Shown: positions 19,223 to 28,903, counted from the stretch's first letter. The stretch is DNA of 64,000 nucleotides from an uncultured Gammaproteobacteria bacterium (GCA_964540825.1 CAZINT010000003.1:147250-211249); one strand, 5' to 3'. The notes: generated from the letters alone by a model not told the origin. Numbers and translations are program-made.

Positions 19223-20203
19223 TCAGTGCTGACGATCACGCCGCGGCTGACCGGAGATCAGCATCTGATAGAGCTGCCGTGCTCTGGCTCGCCAGTACTG
19301 CTCACGCTGCGCACGGAAAAGCGGACGGTTGATATTACTTGGCTGGCTGCCAGTGTTAGGGTGGTGGTACTGGTAACCAATGGGTCCGCGGTGGATATGC
19401 CGCGGCAGCTCAACCAGCGGACTTCCCTGCCGCTGACCATCGTGATGTAGCTCGACCGGTTTGCCAAAAAACTTGTCGAGCGGGGGTGAGCCGTTGGCCA
19501 TGAGGAGCAAGTTGAACAAGTTCATCTCGTAGTAGAGACCGGCCCAGCCCTGATGCCGGAACGGCGCTGACCCATCGGAATTGAACTGGTTGCGGAGTGC
19601 CTGATAACTCATGTCGAGGACACCAGTCATCGTAGTCCCCACAAAAGGTGGCTGCGCGTCTTCTTCAGCTGCCACATAGTAACAAGTCTCGTCGACTGGT
19701 GTTCCTGGAGCAAAGAACGACTGGTTTCCCAGCGATTGTCCGGGCAACACGAGGCCACGACCTTGCGGCATCGGCTCGCCAAAAGCAGGAGCGCTGCCAG
19801 GTATCCCCGGCAAACGAAGCGGGCCAACGAGCGGCTGACCGGGCAACTGGAGTGTTTGGGGGCCACCAGGCAGACCTGGTCCACTCAAACCGCCGCCACC
19901 TTCCACTGCCGGACCGGAAACCGGCGGAAGCGGCAACCGCTGACCAGGGCCAGGGCCTCCAACCGGTCCGATAGTGTCAGTTCGCTGCCCGGTCGGAAGA
20001 TTCGGAAGATATTCGCCGACAAGTGGCGAAGCTGGCGCTCCACCACCCAGTGGCGGAAGCCCGGGCGCACCACGCCCCGGAATACGGAACGCAGGCGGCG
20101 GGAATCCTCGTTGGATGACCTGAGCCCTTACCGCATAGGGCGTAAAGAGCGCCACCGCACAGACGAGCACTGCAAGACACGATCGCAAACACCTGAATGG
20201 CAT
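19223..20203 (-). CDS. predicted secreted protein with C-terminal LHH-family (HNH/EndoVII fold) nuclease toxin domain
   Basis: TAAGGAGG SD; signal peptide; Pro/Gly linker; N..LMANGSPP...VELHHDGQ..GSPLVEL...H...HHP...S.INR..F...R..YWRARA matches the LHH pattern. Confidence 0.82.
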   Translation of the reverse strand: MPFRCLRSCLAVLVCAVALFTPYAVRAQVIQRGFPPPAFRIPGRGAPGLPPLGGGAPASPLVGEYLPNLPTGQRTDTIGPVGGPGPGQRLPLPPVSGPAVEGGGGLSGPGLPGGPQTLQLPGQPLVGPLRLPGIPGSAPAFGEPMPQGRGLVLPGQSLGNQSFFAPGTPVDETCYYVAAEEDAQPPFVGTTMTGVLDMSYQALRNQFNSDGSAPFRHQGWAGLYYEMNLFNLLLMANGSPPLDKFFGKPVELHHDGQRQGSPLVELPRHIHRGPIGYQYHHPNTGSQPSNINRPLFRAQREQYWRARARQLYQMLISGQPRRDRQH

Positions 20204-20374
20204 GTACAGCCTCCTTATGAGTTACTATTCAAGCAGACACTTTTTTCACAATGCTTCAATTTTCCCTACATCATACTTTCCCCTCCCTCCCCACTCCAAG
20301 AAATATTCTTGACGTCGGAAGGAAGACTCGCGAAGCGAGTCAGGATGATCAATGAGCGGAGGCGGGTTCTCCCC

Positions 20375-21334
20375 TTACTGCAGCAGTGGCAGCAGGAGCC
20401 CGGGGGGCCTTGTGCCGGGTAGGACTGGGAGACCGGGCCCCGAGGGCGGCAGGCGCAGCGGGCCTAGCGGGAGGGTGGCAGTGGGGGTGAGAAGCACCGC
20501 TCCAGCAGCGGCAGCAGCAGGGATCAGTCGATAGGCCTGTTTGGTCGCAGCGTCGACCACTGCCAGGCAGCGTCCCGGAACTGCAGCACAGGCGGTACCG
20601 ACGACGGCGACAGCTTGAGCCGTGTAGTAGGCTCCGACCAAGATGACGATGCCGCCTGAGACGAGTGCGCCGTTGACGGCGACCTGGAGGGGGGTCTCCG
20701 GGTAGCCGCCGAAGGCTCCTCCGCCGTCGGGGACCCAGCCGCGGAGGCCGCCAAGGGGATTTTGACCAAAGGCTCCGGGGGTGGGATAGGCAGGCAGGAG
20801 ACCGCGATTGAGCTGCCCATCAGGGACACCCAGCGGTCGCCAGCCTTTGTATGCAGCCTGCGGCGCCTGCACACGAGCAGGCCCACGTGGCGTATCATTG
20901 CACTCCAAACTCCCGACAGTCGGAATGGCGTTGCCTTGGCATACCATTGGTCCGGGTATACCCTGAACACTGAAGAGGGAGACACCGGGGAACATGGAGC
21001 GAATCATAGATTCATTTCCATCCTGCATACTGTAGGGGTAAAGTGTAAGGCGCCACACTCCCACGCCGAAGTCTCCGGTCTCCACGTCCCGAACATAGCA
21101 GTGATCAGCGGCACCGGGCCGTTGGCGCCAGAGCTGCCAATGACCGTGCTCCGGCGGGCTGCCGTTCACCCGACTGGTCCGAAGCAAATAGAAGTTTGGC
21201 CCGGGGAAAACCAGCACCACCACGTTGCAGACCACCATAATATCCCTATTGTCAGGTGGCGGAACTGCTTGTGCGAGTGGTGGCTGACTGGCCAGCGCCA
21301 ACAGCAGCAAGGCTATCATTTTCAACCAACGCAT
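20375..21334 (-). CDS. predicted secreted modular protein, class B C-terminus
   Basis: AAAGGAAGGA before ATG 21334; signal MRWLKMIALLLLALA..AQA; C-terminus ETPLQVAVNGA...ACAAVPGRC...D..TKQAYRLIP. Confidence 0.82.
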   Translation of the reverse strand: MRWLKMIALLLLALASQPPLAQAVPPPDNRDIMVVCNVVVLVFPGPNFYLLRTSRVNGSPPEHGHWQLWRQRPGAADHCYVRDVETGDFGVGVWRLTLYPYSMQDGNESMIRSMFPGVSLFSVQGIPGPMVCQGNAIPTVGSLECNDTPRGPARVQAPQAAYKGWRPLGVPDGQLNRGLLPAYPTPGAFGQNPLGGLRGWVPDGGGAFGGYPETPLQVAVNGALVSGGIVILVGAYYTAQAVAVVGTACAAVPGRCLAVVDAATKQAYRLIPAAAAAGAVLLTPTATLPLGPLRLPPSGPGLPVLPGTRPPGLLLPLLQ

Positions 21335-21657
21335 GCGTTTGTCCTTCCTTTTGTGATGTCTACGAGTTTGCCGACCGCCGGCACACTTTTCTCCTCTCCC
21401 GAAAAACATGTTTATATTTTTCGGGAGAGAAATAAATTCAAACATTCTCATCGTGAATATAATGAGAATAAGTACATGTTCAAATTTTTCCTTTAGTGAT
21501 ACTCACAAGCGTAAGTATTCAACACAGGAGCCGAAGAGTGTCGGCTGCACCTAGTTACTTTTTTCTTAATCTACCTACGACCACCACCTGACTCGCATCA
21601 GGTGGTGGTCGTCCCCTCCTGTGAATCCGGTCTCACGCGCCGGCGACGGTTGGATTG

Positions 21658-23385
21658 CTATCGGCGATAGGCGAAGCCGAACTCCGGAAGGACGGTGAAG
21701 CTCTCACGAGAGTAGCCCGTCGTCTGGCTTGGCATGACGAGCACCACGTTGTCCGGATTGGACCGATCGACTACCGGCTCTCCAGTCACGAGTTCGCCAG
21801 TTGACCGCAGGTACCCGACGGTAGCAGCAGCAAAGAAACCGAACTGGCGACGAATACCGCTCTTGCCCAGGTAGACCTCGATCGATGGCTTGAACCCCAG
21901 CAAGAAGTACTTCTTCGAAGAATCGCCCTTCTGACGGAACTCTTCGTCTGACAGGTCATGACCGCCACCGCCGATGACAACCCCGAGATCGATAGCAACA
22001 TTTGGACTGGGGTTATAAGAATACCCTCCGTACCCGACAGCAGCGACATCATTCCTGCCTGAGAGCTGCAGGCTCAGACCTCCACAGATGGCGTTGTTGC
22101 TCAGCTGGTTGTGAAAGAAACAGAACTTGCCGCCCAGATTTCCACCAAGCGCACCCTCGCGATTCAGCTCGTAGCGAAAGAGTCCGCCCCCGTAGAGCGT
22201 CATCATGAAGTTGCTGTCACCCCGGTCCGCCTGGATCAGGGCCCGCTGAGCGCCGATAGCACCGGTGCAGTATTGGGCGACCTGGATGGGATCGAAATTC
22301 TCGCCGCCGGCCACGTTCCGACGCACCCACCGCTCGCAATCCTTCGCGCTGCTGAACTCCGGGGGGTTGGCGGGGTTGCCGGTGAGCGGCCGGCTACCGA
22401 CCTGAGCCTGAGGCAGTGTTGCTCCGGGCGGCTGAGCAGTCTGGGGGTTGCAGTAGGCATTCACCCCCTCTGGGGTGTTCTGCGCGGCGGTCCCGACCGC
22501 CTTGAGATACTCCCAGGTCTTGGCCACGCAGTCGGGGCTGCCCGGCTGCGGCTGCTGGGGTGCCTGACCCTGGATGCGCGGAGCCAGCTGGTGGGCCTGC
22601 GCCGTGAGCGTCTGGCACGTGGCGTCCTTCCCCTGAGGGTCGTGCTGGTAACAGCAGCCCACTACCATGCCCTTGTTTGAGAAGCACTGCTGCAGGTTGC
22701 CTCCCAGGCTGGCATCGGCCACACGTGCGACCCGGCACAGGGAAACGTTTGCCGACTCGGCAGGGAAAGAGTCGCAGCAGGCCCGCACTCGCTCGTTGAC
22801 GGCCTGAGGGGTATTGTAGCTTGCGTCCGCGGTTGGTGATGGGGCGGTCGTCTGGGCGAGACACGTCTCGAGGAGCTGAGCGGGCGGAACAGCCGCAGGC
22901 CCCGCGGTGAGGGGGGCGCCCGCCGTGCCCGGCAGGGGCGCCGGAGGGGCGGACTGCGGAGCCACAGGAGGGGCAGCCGCAGGGGCGGGGGCGGCTGGCG
23001 TGGAGGCGACGGCGACGGGCGGCGACGTACTGCTCAGCTGAGTGACAGCACCGCTCGCCTGCTGGCACAGGCTCCTGAAGAGGCGGCCGTTCGGCGTGTT
23101 GGTCTGCTGAGCAAGGTGGTTTGACCAGCAGCAATTCTGGGTTCCGCGCCAATAAGCCGCCAAGTCCTTGCTCTTGTCCGGGACCACCGTCAGGCAGCCC
23201 TTCATGGCAGCAACCGATGCGTCGATCATCTCCCGTGAGGGCGGGCCAGCTACTTGCGCTGTGGGGGCGCTGGGCTGGCTGCTGGCCGCCGGCTTGGCAT
23301 CGGCGTTGGCGTGCAGTGGCGCGAGCCACAGCAAGAGTAGCGTCAGCAAAGCCGCTGACAGGCACGAAAACTTGGATCGTGACAT
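21658..23385 (-). CDS. predicted secreted Cys-rich protein with C-terminal 8-stranded beta-barrel-like domain
   Basis: AAGGAGGT SD before ATG 23385; signal peptide; repeated C..CC..C modules; about 8 amphipathic Gly/aromatic strands ending PEFGFAYRR. Confidence 0.75.
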   Translation of the reverse strand: MSRSKFSCLSAALLTLLLLWLAPLHANADAKPAASSQPSAPTAQVAGPPSREMIDASVAAMKGCLTVVPDKSKDLAAYWRGTQNCCWSNHLAQQTNTPNGRLFRSLCQQASGAVTQLSSTSPPVAVASTPAAPAPAAAPPVAPQSAPPAPLPGTAGAPLTAGPAAVPPAQLLETCLAQTTAPSPTADASYNTPQAVNERVRACCDSFPAESANVSLCRVARVADASLGGNLQQCFSNKGMVVGCCYQHDPQGKDATCQTLTAQAHQLAPRIQGQAPQQPQPGSPDCVAKTWEYLKAVGTAAQNTPEGVNAYCNPQTAQPPGATLPQAQVGSRPLTGNPANPPEFSSAKDCERWVRRNVAGGENFDPIQVAQYCTGAIGAQRALIQADRGDSNFMMTLYGGGLFRYELNREGALGGNLGGKFCFFHNQLSNNAICGGLSLQLSGRNDVAAVGYGGYSYNPSPNVAIDLGVVIGGGGHDLSDEEFRQKGDSSKKYFLLGFKPSIEVYLGKSGIRRQFGFFAAATVGYLRSTGELVTGEPVVDRSNPDNVVLVMPSQTTGYSRESFTVLPEFGFAYRR

Positions 23386-23909
23386 TGGACGGACCTCCTT
23401 GCCCACTCTGGGCAATGACTGATGGTTTCAATCTTTTTCAATCAGTGGGCAGCCACTTTGGCCGCCATGATGAATACGATATCCCCCATTCAGCTAAGAC
23501 AAATAGGCTCTCTACCGGTCTTAATTGAATGGGGGAATTTTTCTAATTATTTTTTAAATGAACACACACTGTATTCGTCCTTATTTGTCAGACAGTCTAA
23601 CAATCTAAAATTGCTCTGGGTAAAGGACAATGTTTTTCAGAGCAAAACGAGTAGTACCACATTTTGGCCGAAACGTCAATATAGGTTGAGGTTTTTGTAT
23701 CCACAGATCAAATTAGGTCTTTTTTAGCTAAAAAAATAATCTTTTATCGTGATTACCGCCTCCTCCCGGGATTCAAGCTGTAGTTACATTTCTTTTTTAA
23801 ACTGAAATATCTATACTTAAAAAACTTACTTAAAAAGTAAGTTTTTTAGCGAATATTCAGCATCTTTTTCTTTCTTGAACTCCAAGATACATGCTTAGAA
23901 TACCAGAAA

Positions 23910-24376
23910 GAAAGACCCACGAATGGGTCAGGCGGAGGATGACCGGCCGAAGCCAGGGTCATCCACCTGGGGGTGGAAGGTACGTTCGGCGCTACCGAGG
24001 CAGCGCGGGCGAGAGAAGGAGGGGCGCGGTCGGAGCAGCCGGTCCGACGAGCTGCCAGATACTGTTTCCGATCTGCACCCAGTACGAGCCGGCGGGGGCG
24101 CCGGCGGGAAGGGTTGCAGTGTAGGCGCTGCTCAGGGCAACGACGTCGAGGGCGACCATGCCTCCGGCGACGATCGCTCCAACAGCGAGGAGGCCGGCGA
24201 GCGTAGCTCTGCCGTTCGAGCCGTCCGGCGACATGTAGTCCGGGCGGCCGCCCGGACCGATGATGAGACCCTTTCTTCGAGCGGCTGTTACATCTGCGAA
24301 CACCCAATCGGTCCAACTGCCCCTACCACTCCAGACGCGGACGGTCTGAGGGGTGGGGGTGGTGGGAGGGGTGGGA
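23910..24376 (+). repeat. direct repeat copy 2
   Basis: Matches 17634-18088; the shadow ORFs 17697..17930 and 23973..24206 translate identically. Confidence 0.92.
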
Positions 24377-24975
24377 GATTGGCCAGGCTGTTGAAGCCCC
24401 ATTCCCGGTCCTTGTAGGCCTGGGAGCGGGCTGGGGGGCGGCGGGTATGTAGGAAGACGAAGCGGACCGGGGGCAGGGGTGTATTGGCCAGGGAGGGGCA
24501 GACCCGGAGGTTGGCCTTGAGGGCCGGATGGCGTTCCCATCATCATCTTCAGACCGGGCGGATAGTACCGCCCACCCGCTTCAAATACGGTTGGCCCCGA
24601 GGGAGTAGCCTGTATGTACATGGGCGCTCGGGGCGCCGGGTGATCCGGTCCTTGGCCACGCCTGCCATAGCAGGGGTCCTGGGGGTTTTCAGCATTACCA
24701 AAGATCACTTTGTTTTCCGTGATCTGCTGAGCGAGCCGCTGAGAATCGAGGGCATCAAGACTAAACCGATTAACAAAAAATTCCTCGTGCAGACGATTTT
24801 GCACCGCCGACTCTCGGTAGTCCCGTTTGACAATGGACTGGTCGGGGCAGATGTAAAACTGAATAAATATCGGCCGCCCATCCGGCCCCGTCGGGAACAG
24901 CTGAGCGCCGCCTTGTCCGGCCAGAACAAAAAAGAACACTGTCGCGAGAACTACTGTTGCTACTATTCGCGTCAT
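23992..24975 (-). CDS. predicted secreted modular protein, class A C-terminus
   Basis: AAAGGAGT SD; signal peptide; unrelated N-domain; last ~79 aa identical to 17716..18933. Confidence 0.85.
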   Translation of the reverse strand: MTRIVATVVLATVFFFVLAGQGGAQLFPTGPDGRPIFIQFYICPDQSIVKRDYRESAVQNRLHEEFFVNRFSLDALDSQRLAQQITENKVIFGNAENPQDPCYGRRGQGPDHPAPRAPMYIQATPSGPTVFEAGGRYYPPGLKMMMGTPSGPQGQPPGLPLPGQYTPAPGPLRLPTYPPPPSPLPGLQGPGMGLQQPGQSPTPPTTPTPQTVRVWSGRGSWTDWVFADVTAARRKGLIIGPGGRPDYMSPDGSNGRATLAGLLAVGAIVAGGMVALDVVALSSAYTATLPAGAPAGSYWVQIGNSIWQLVGPAAPTAPLLLSPALPR

Positions 24976-25241
24976 GACGTTGTTACTCCTTTCATGACTG
25001 ACCTAAGACCACTTTGGTGCTTTATTTTTCTCCTTTTCTGGTTTATAAAAAAACCAACTAAACTGTCCTCCAAGAAACATGTCAATTGGTTTTTCTAAAA
25101 AATAATTTTAAATGCATTAAAACAAATATTTTACTTTCCCTTTTCTCACCAGAACACCAAAGTTCCAAAGGAAAAAAGGAAGACTCGGCGAGCGAGTCGA
25201 GGCAGGAAGTTCAAAGAGCAGCAGACAGCTGCCGGGTACGT

Positions 25242-26333
25242 CTAGCGGAGCAACGGAGCCGCTGGAAGGTACAATGACGCTGCCGGTTTCGCCAGCTGCC
25301 AACCCAAGTTGCCAACCTTGATCCAGATGGATCCGAGCGGAGCGCCCGGTGGCAGTGTTGTTGTGACGGCAGCATCAAGCGCTACCCATTCGAGAGCGAC
25401 GAGGCCGGCAGCCACAACTGATCCGACAGCGAAGAAGCCAACCAGACTGCCTTGGGCGTCTTGCGCCGGATCTCGCGATCCGAGTTCGGGTCCAAAGGGA
25501 CCCCAACGAACACCCCCGGCTCTGGCCTCTTGTTGGCCCTGAAGCCCTTGTCTGAAGGCAGAGAGAAGACCACTACTTACTCCACGGTAGATGCGGAGGC
25601 CGAGGTTGGATGGGGGTGGTAGCTGAAGCGTAGAAGGAGTGCCGGGAAGTGCCGGGGTGGTAAGCTGGGGTGGGAGGCGGAGTGGAGACGCAGGTTGTGC
25701 AAAAACGAGTTCACCACTTGGTGTTGGCGCTCGAAAAAATACCGGTCCACGCCGAGGCAGCGTTTCAGCTACAGGATTTTCTTGTCCGGAAGTCTGGGGT
25801 CCGCGCGGACGGCAATCCCCCACTTTATGTTTTTGGTTACAGGAATTATGTAGACCCCACATCTCCCGAACACCACTCGGATAGTTCCAGTACAGAATCG
25901 AGTACTCGCTTCGAGGCGGACCAAGCACCGGAGCGAGCCCGGCGATATCATCGTCGTTCAAACGGAAGTACTGATCCCCTTTGTATCCTTGGCGCTCTTC
26001 GCGCTCCCCCGGACCAAAAAGATCACGCTGACGCTGCCACCGATAGAGCCAGGTGGTGTCGACCGAGCTCTGCACCTTGTACCACCAACCGCTTGCGCTG
26101 CAGAACCCTTCGATGATGTAGTGAGCCTTTTGACCCGCCCATGGGTCGACGGTTCTTCCCAGCGGCCCGACCTCATGGCCGATTCGGAACTGAATAAGGG
26201 TCGGGTGGTTACAGTGCGGACACAGCGTGCTCGCTTCCGGCTGATGGACGATCTTGGGGTCTTTCTGCCCCCATGCGATAGACGGGCTTGCGAGAAGCCC
26301 GACAAAATAGAGTGCAAGCCAGAACAGTTTCAT
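25242..26333 (-). CDS. predicted secreted modular protein, divergent class A C-terminus
   Basis: TGGAGGT SD; signal peptide; CPHC in N-domain; C-terminus AVGSVVAAGLVALEWVAL...LPPGAPLGSIWIKVGNLGWQL. Confidence 0.85.
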   Translation of the reverse strand: MKLFWLALYFVGLLASPSIAWGQKDPKIVHQPEASTLCPHCNHPTLIQFRIGHEVGPLGRTVDPWAGQKAHYIIEGFCSASGWWYKVQSSVDTTWLYRWQRQRDLFGPGEREERQGYKGDQYFRLNDDDIAGLAPVLGPPRSEYSILYWNYPSGVREMWGLHNSCNQKHKVGDCRPRGPQTSGQENPVAETLPRRGPVFFRAPTPSGELVFAQPASPLRLPPQLTTPALPGTPSTLQLPPPSNLGLRIYRGVSSGLLSAFRQGLQGQQEARAGGVRWGPFGPELGSRDPAQDAQGSLVGFFAVGSVVAAGLVALEWVALDAAVTTTLPPGAPLGSIWIKVGNLGWQLAKPAASLYLPAAPLLR

Positions 26334-26543
26334 TGAGTACCTCCAACGATGTATAAAATACTTACATAAAGAAGCGTGTGTGTCAATCTAGTTACAAAAA
26401 CCGTCTCGTAATTTTTAGGCAACCACCAGTTCTTTTCCTTCCCTATCTAAGAACAACTTCTTAAAGAGAGAAAGAAGACTCAGAAATGAGTCTTGGCGGG
26501 AAGGACAAGGAACATGAGGCGGGCGTGACAAGTACTCACAAGC

Positions 26544-27434
26544 CTACGGCATCCAGAGAGGGGGCGGAGCGGACGGAAGGAGGAGTGGACGCGAAGGTTT
26601 GGCGTCCATCACGGGTGTCAGTACCGTTGCCCCTAGCGAAGCGACTCCGAACACGGGAACCAGACGCCAGATCTGACGAGTAAGGGCATCTTGGACGAGC
26701 TTGCAGCTCGCGGGACTACTCAGACAGGCGCTAGCAAGCACGGTCGCACTCTGGACGAGGTAGACTGACCCATAGTAGACCACGAAACCGCCTGCGATGA
26801 TGGCGCCACCGGCTACGACTTGGGTAGGAGTCACCGGATAGCCGCTGACACCTCCCCCGTCGCCGGGTGACCAGGTGCTGCCAGGCGGAGCGAGGATAAG
26901 GGCGCGCGGGGTGGGGTGGGTGGGATAGGCAGGCGGCTGCGGACCACCCGGGAGGGGTGGGGGCAGGACGGGCGGTGGCGGAGTTGGAAGGGGTGGGGGC
27001 AGGGCAGGCGGCGTAGGGGCGGCGGGTGGCCGGATATTCGGCGCCAGCGGAGCGAGTCCGAACGAGGGCAGGCGTGGAGGGCCAACGAGCACATGTTCGG
27101 CCTCCCCGGGTCTGGGGCGAGCGTAGCGCACCCTGCCATCCGGACCGATCTCGATGACAGGCTGCAAAGCACCGGGCGGCACCGGAGCACCCGGTTCCGC
27201 GGGCTTGACGCCATTTCCCTCGAGCCAACGATCTCCCAAAGACTGCTTGGACGGGACCTCCACCAGCTTCCCATCCTTCCATTCGAAAGCCGGGCCGCCG
27301 CCTCCTGGCTTCGGCGGATCACTCCCTGGCGGCGAGGCATAGGCGAAACGGATCCATAGCACGTTCCAGATTTGATCCGGTCTGACCAGACCAAGCGCGA
27401 CACAACTCAGAATACACAGCAGCAATCGTTGCAT
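26544..27434 (-). CDS. predicted exported Pro-rich modular protein, class B C-terminus
   Basis: AAAGGAGGTG SD before ATG 27434; hydrophobic N-terminus; C-terminus TPTQVVAGGAIIAGG...ACLSSPASC..QDALTRQIWRLVP. Confidence 0.82.
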   Translation of the reverse strand: MQRLLLCILSCVALGLVRPDQIWNVLWIRFAYASPPGSDPPKPGGGGPAFEWKDGKLVEVPSKQSLGDRWLEGNGVKPAEPGAPVPPGALQPVIEIGPDGRVRYARPRPGEAEHVLVGPPRLPSFGLAPLAPNIRPPAAPTPPALPPPLPTPPPPVLPPPLPGGPQPPAYPTHPTPRALILAPPGSTWSPGDGGGVSGYPVTPTQVVAGGAIIAGGFVVYYGSVYLVQSATVLASACLSSPASCKLVQDALTRQIWRLVPVFGVASLGATVLTPVMDAKPSRPLLLPSAPPPLWMP

Positions 27435-27823
27435 GCGCACCTCCTTTTCAAAAACGTTTTTGGAACAACCTTGCACTGACACAACTGTAGCGGTGCACAA
27501 CTAGCATTTTTACCGCTAGTCATGCCGACTGATTTCAGTTGAGCAGCAGCATTGTGTAGTACACAAAAAATGTGCAATTGTCAAACACATACTCGACTAC
27601 CGCTACCCATAGCTCGCGAAGCTGTTAAATTCACGAACACACACTTTTTCATATCTTTAAAAACTCCTGCAAAAGAAATGCTGCAGGAGTTTTTTTAATC
27701 GACGGCCAAATTGTATATTCTTTCTTTTCTCCCAAAATTTTTCTTAGGAGCAGAGAAAGAAGACTCAATGAATGAGTCTCGGCAGGTGAATCAAAGAGCG
27801 ATGGGCAGGTTGTGGTTCAAAAC

Positions 27824-28903
27824 CTACGGCAGGCGCAGTTGCTGCGGCCGAGGCGTTCCGGGGAGGAGCGGGAGGCTCAGGCCAGGTGTAGGTAAGCGCA
27901 GTTGCCCGGGGGGAGGAGCAGTGACGGGGGTGAGTATCACCGCTCCTAGAGCGGCAGTGCCAGCGGCCGGAATGAGATTCCAGACCTGCCGGGTGGCCAC
28001 ATCGATCACCTTCAGGCACCTTGCTGGAGCAGCAGCACAGGCTGTGCCAATCGCAGCGGCAGCCTCAACAACGTAGAATGCTCCAAGAAAGCCGACAATA
28101 GCACCGGCTGCAATGGCGCCGTTAACAGCGACTTGGGTTGGAGTTTCGAACGAAGGGATAGGTCCTCCAGCGCCATCGGTCAATACCAACCCGCTACCGG
28201 GTGGATGGAGGCGGAGGGCTTCAGAGGAAGGGTAGAGAGGAGTCAAAGCAGGCTGCGGCGCAAGCAAGCCGGGCTGCGGCACCGCTTCGCGCCTTAAGCC
28301 CAGCACACGTTTCCACAAAGGCGCCTGCGCCGCCTCAAATTGCTGCTGCTCCTGCACATCCCCTTCTCCGGGGCACCGCAGCGCTTCCCACCGGAGGTTT
28401 GCGGGCGGATATACGCCTGACTCACAAAAATTCAACGATAACAAGTGAGACATTTCTATATCCTTCCACCAACTATTAGGGTCCAGCGTCAGCCTACGCA
28501 GCGGCTTGGGGTTGTATACAACCCACTGATTGGGCGTTTCTGGCGACACCAGTTCACCCATTATCTCGTGATCATCTTCTGTTCGCGGCGAAATGTGCCT
28601 TGTAGCACCAACCCGCACCGGGATGTCACCAATCTTGCAAAATCGAGCTGGGCCGGCTTGCAGCGCACCACCATACTTTTTCCAGAGCACCCAGACCTGT
28701 TGCACACCTGTGTCAAGACTATTCTTTTTGACCGCAACAAATTCCCTGCCCTGTTTGACCAACCCCAGGTCGAACGTGAGTCGGTAAAAATGGATTATGT
28801 TGCACTGGGCCGGCTCAAAGGGAGCCTGTGCAAAAGCTGCCTTCGATATTCCCAGCACGACACATATCAACAAAAGAGCACGAAAATACACAGGCAAGGA
28901 CAT
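27824..28903 (-). CDS. predicted secreted modular protein, class B C-terminus
   Basis: GAGGTGATC SD; signal peptide ending AFA; C-terminus ETPTQVAVNGAIAAG...ACAAAPARC..IDVATRQVWNLIP. Confidence 0.85.
   Translation of the reverse strand: MSLPVYFRALLLICVVLGISKAAFAQAPFEPAQCNIIHFYRLTFDLGLVKQGREFVAVKKNSLDTGVQQVWVLWKKYGGALQAGPARFCKIGDIPVRVGATRHISPRTEDDHEIMGELVSPETPNQWVVYNPKPLRRLTLDPNSWWKDIEMSHLLSLNFCESGVYPPANLRWEALRCPGEGDVQEQQQFEAAQAPLWKRVLGLRREAVPQPGLLAPQPALTPLYPSSEALRLHPPGSGLVLTDGAGGPIPSFETPTQVAVNGAIAAGAIVGFLGAFYVVEAAAAIGTACAAAPARCLKVIDVATRQVWNLIPAAGTAALGAVILTPVTAPPPGQLRLPTPGLSLPLLPGTPRPQQLRLP

Noticed and set aside
22394-23431. 345 aa alternate-frame ORF overlapping the barrel-like gene
   Set aside because: Expected from stop-codon scarcity in very GC-rich DNA; the SD and signal peptide support the other frame.
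17634-24376. Diversity-generating retroelement TR/VR pair
   Set aside because: No reverse transcriptase in the window; the C-terminal region is identical rather than variable, and the mismatches are not adenine-specific.
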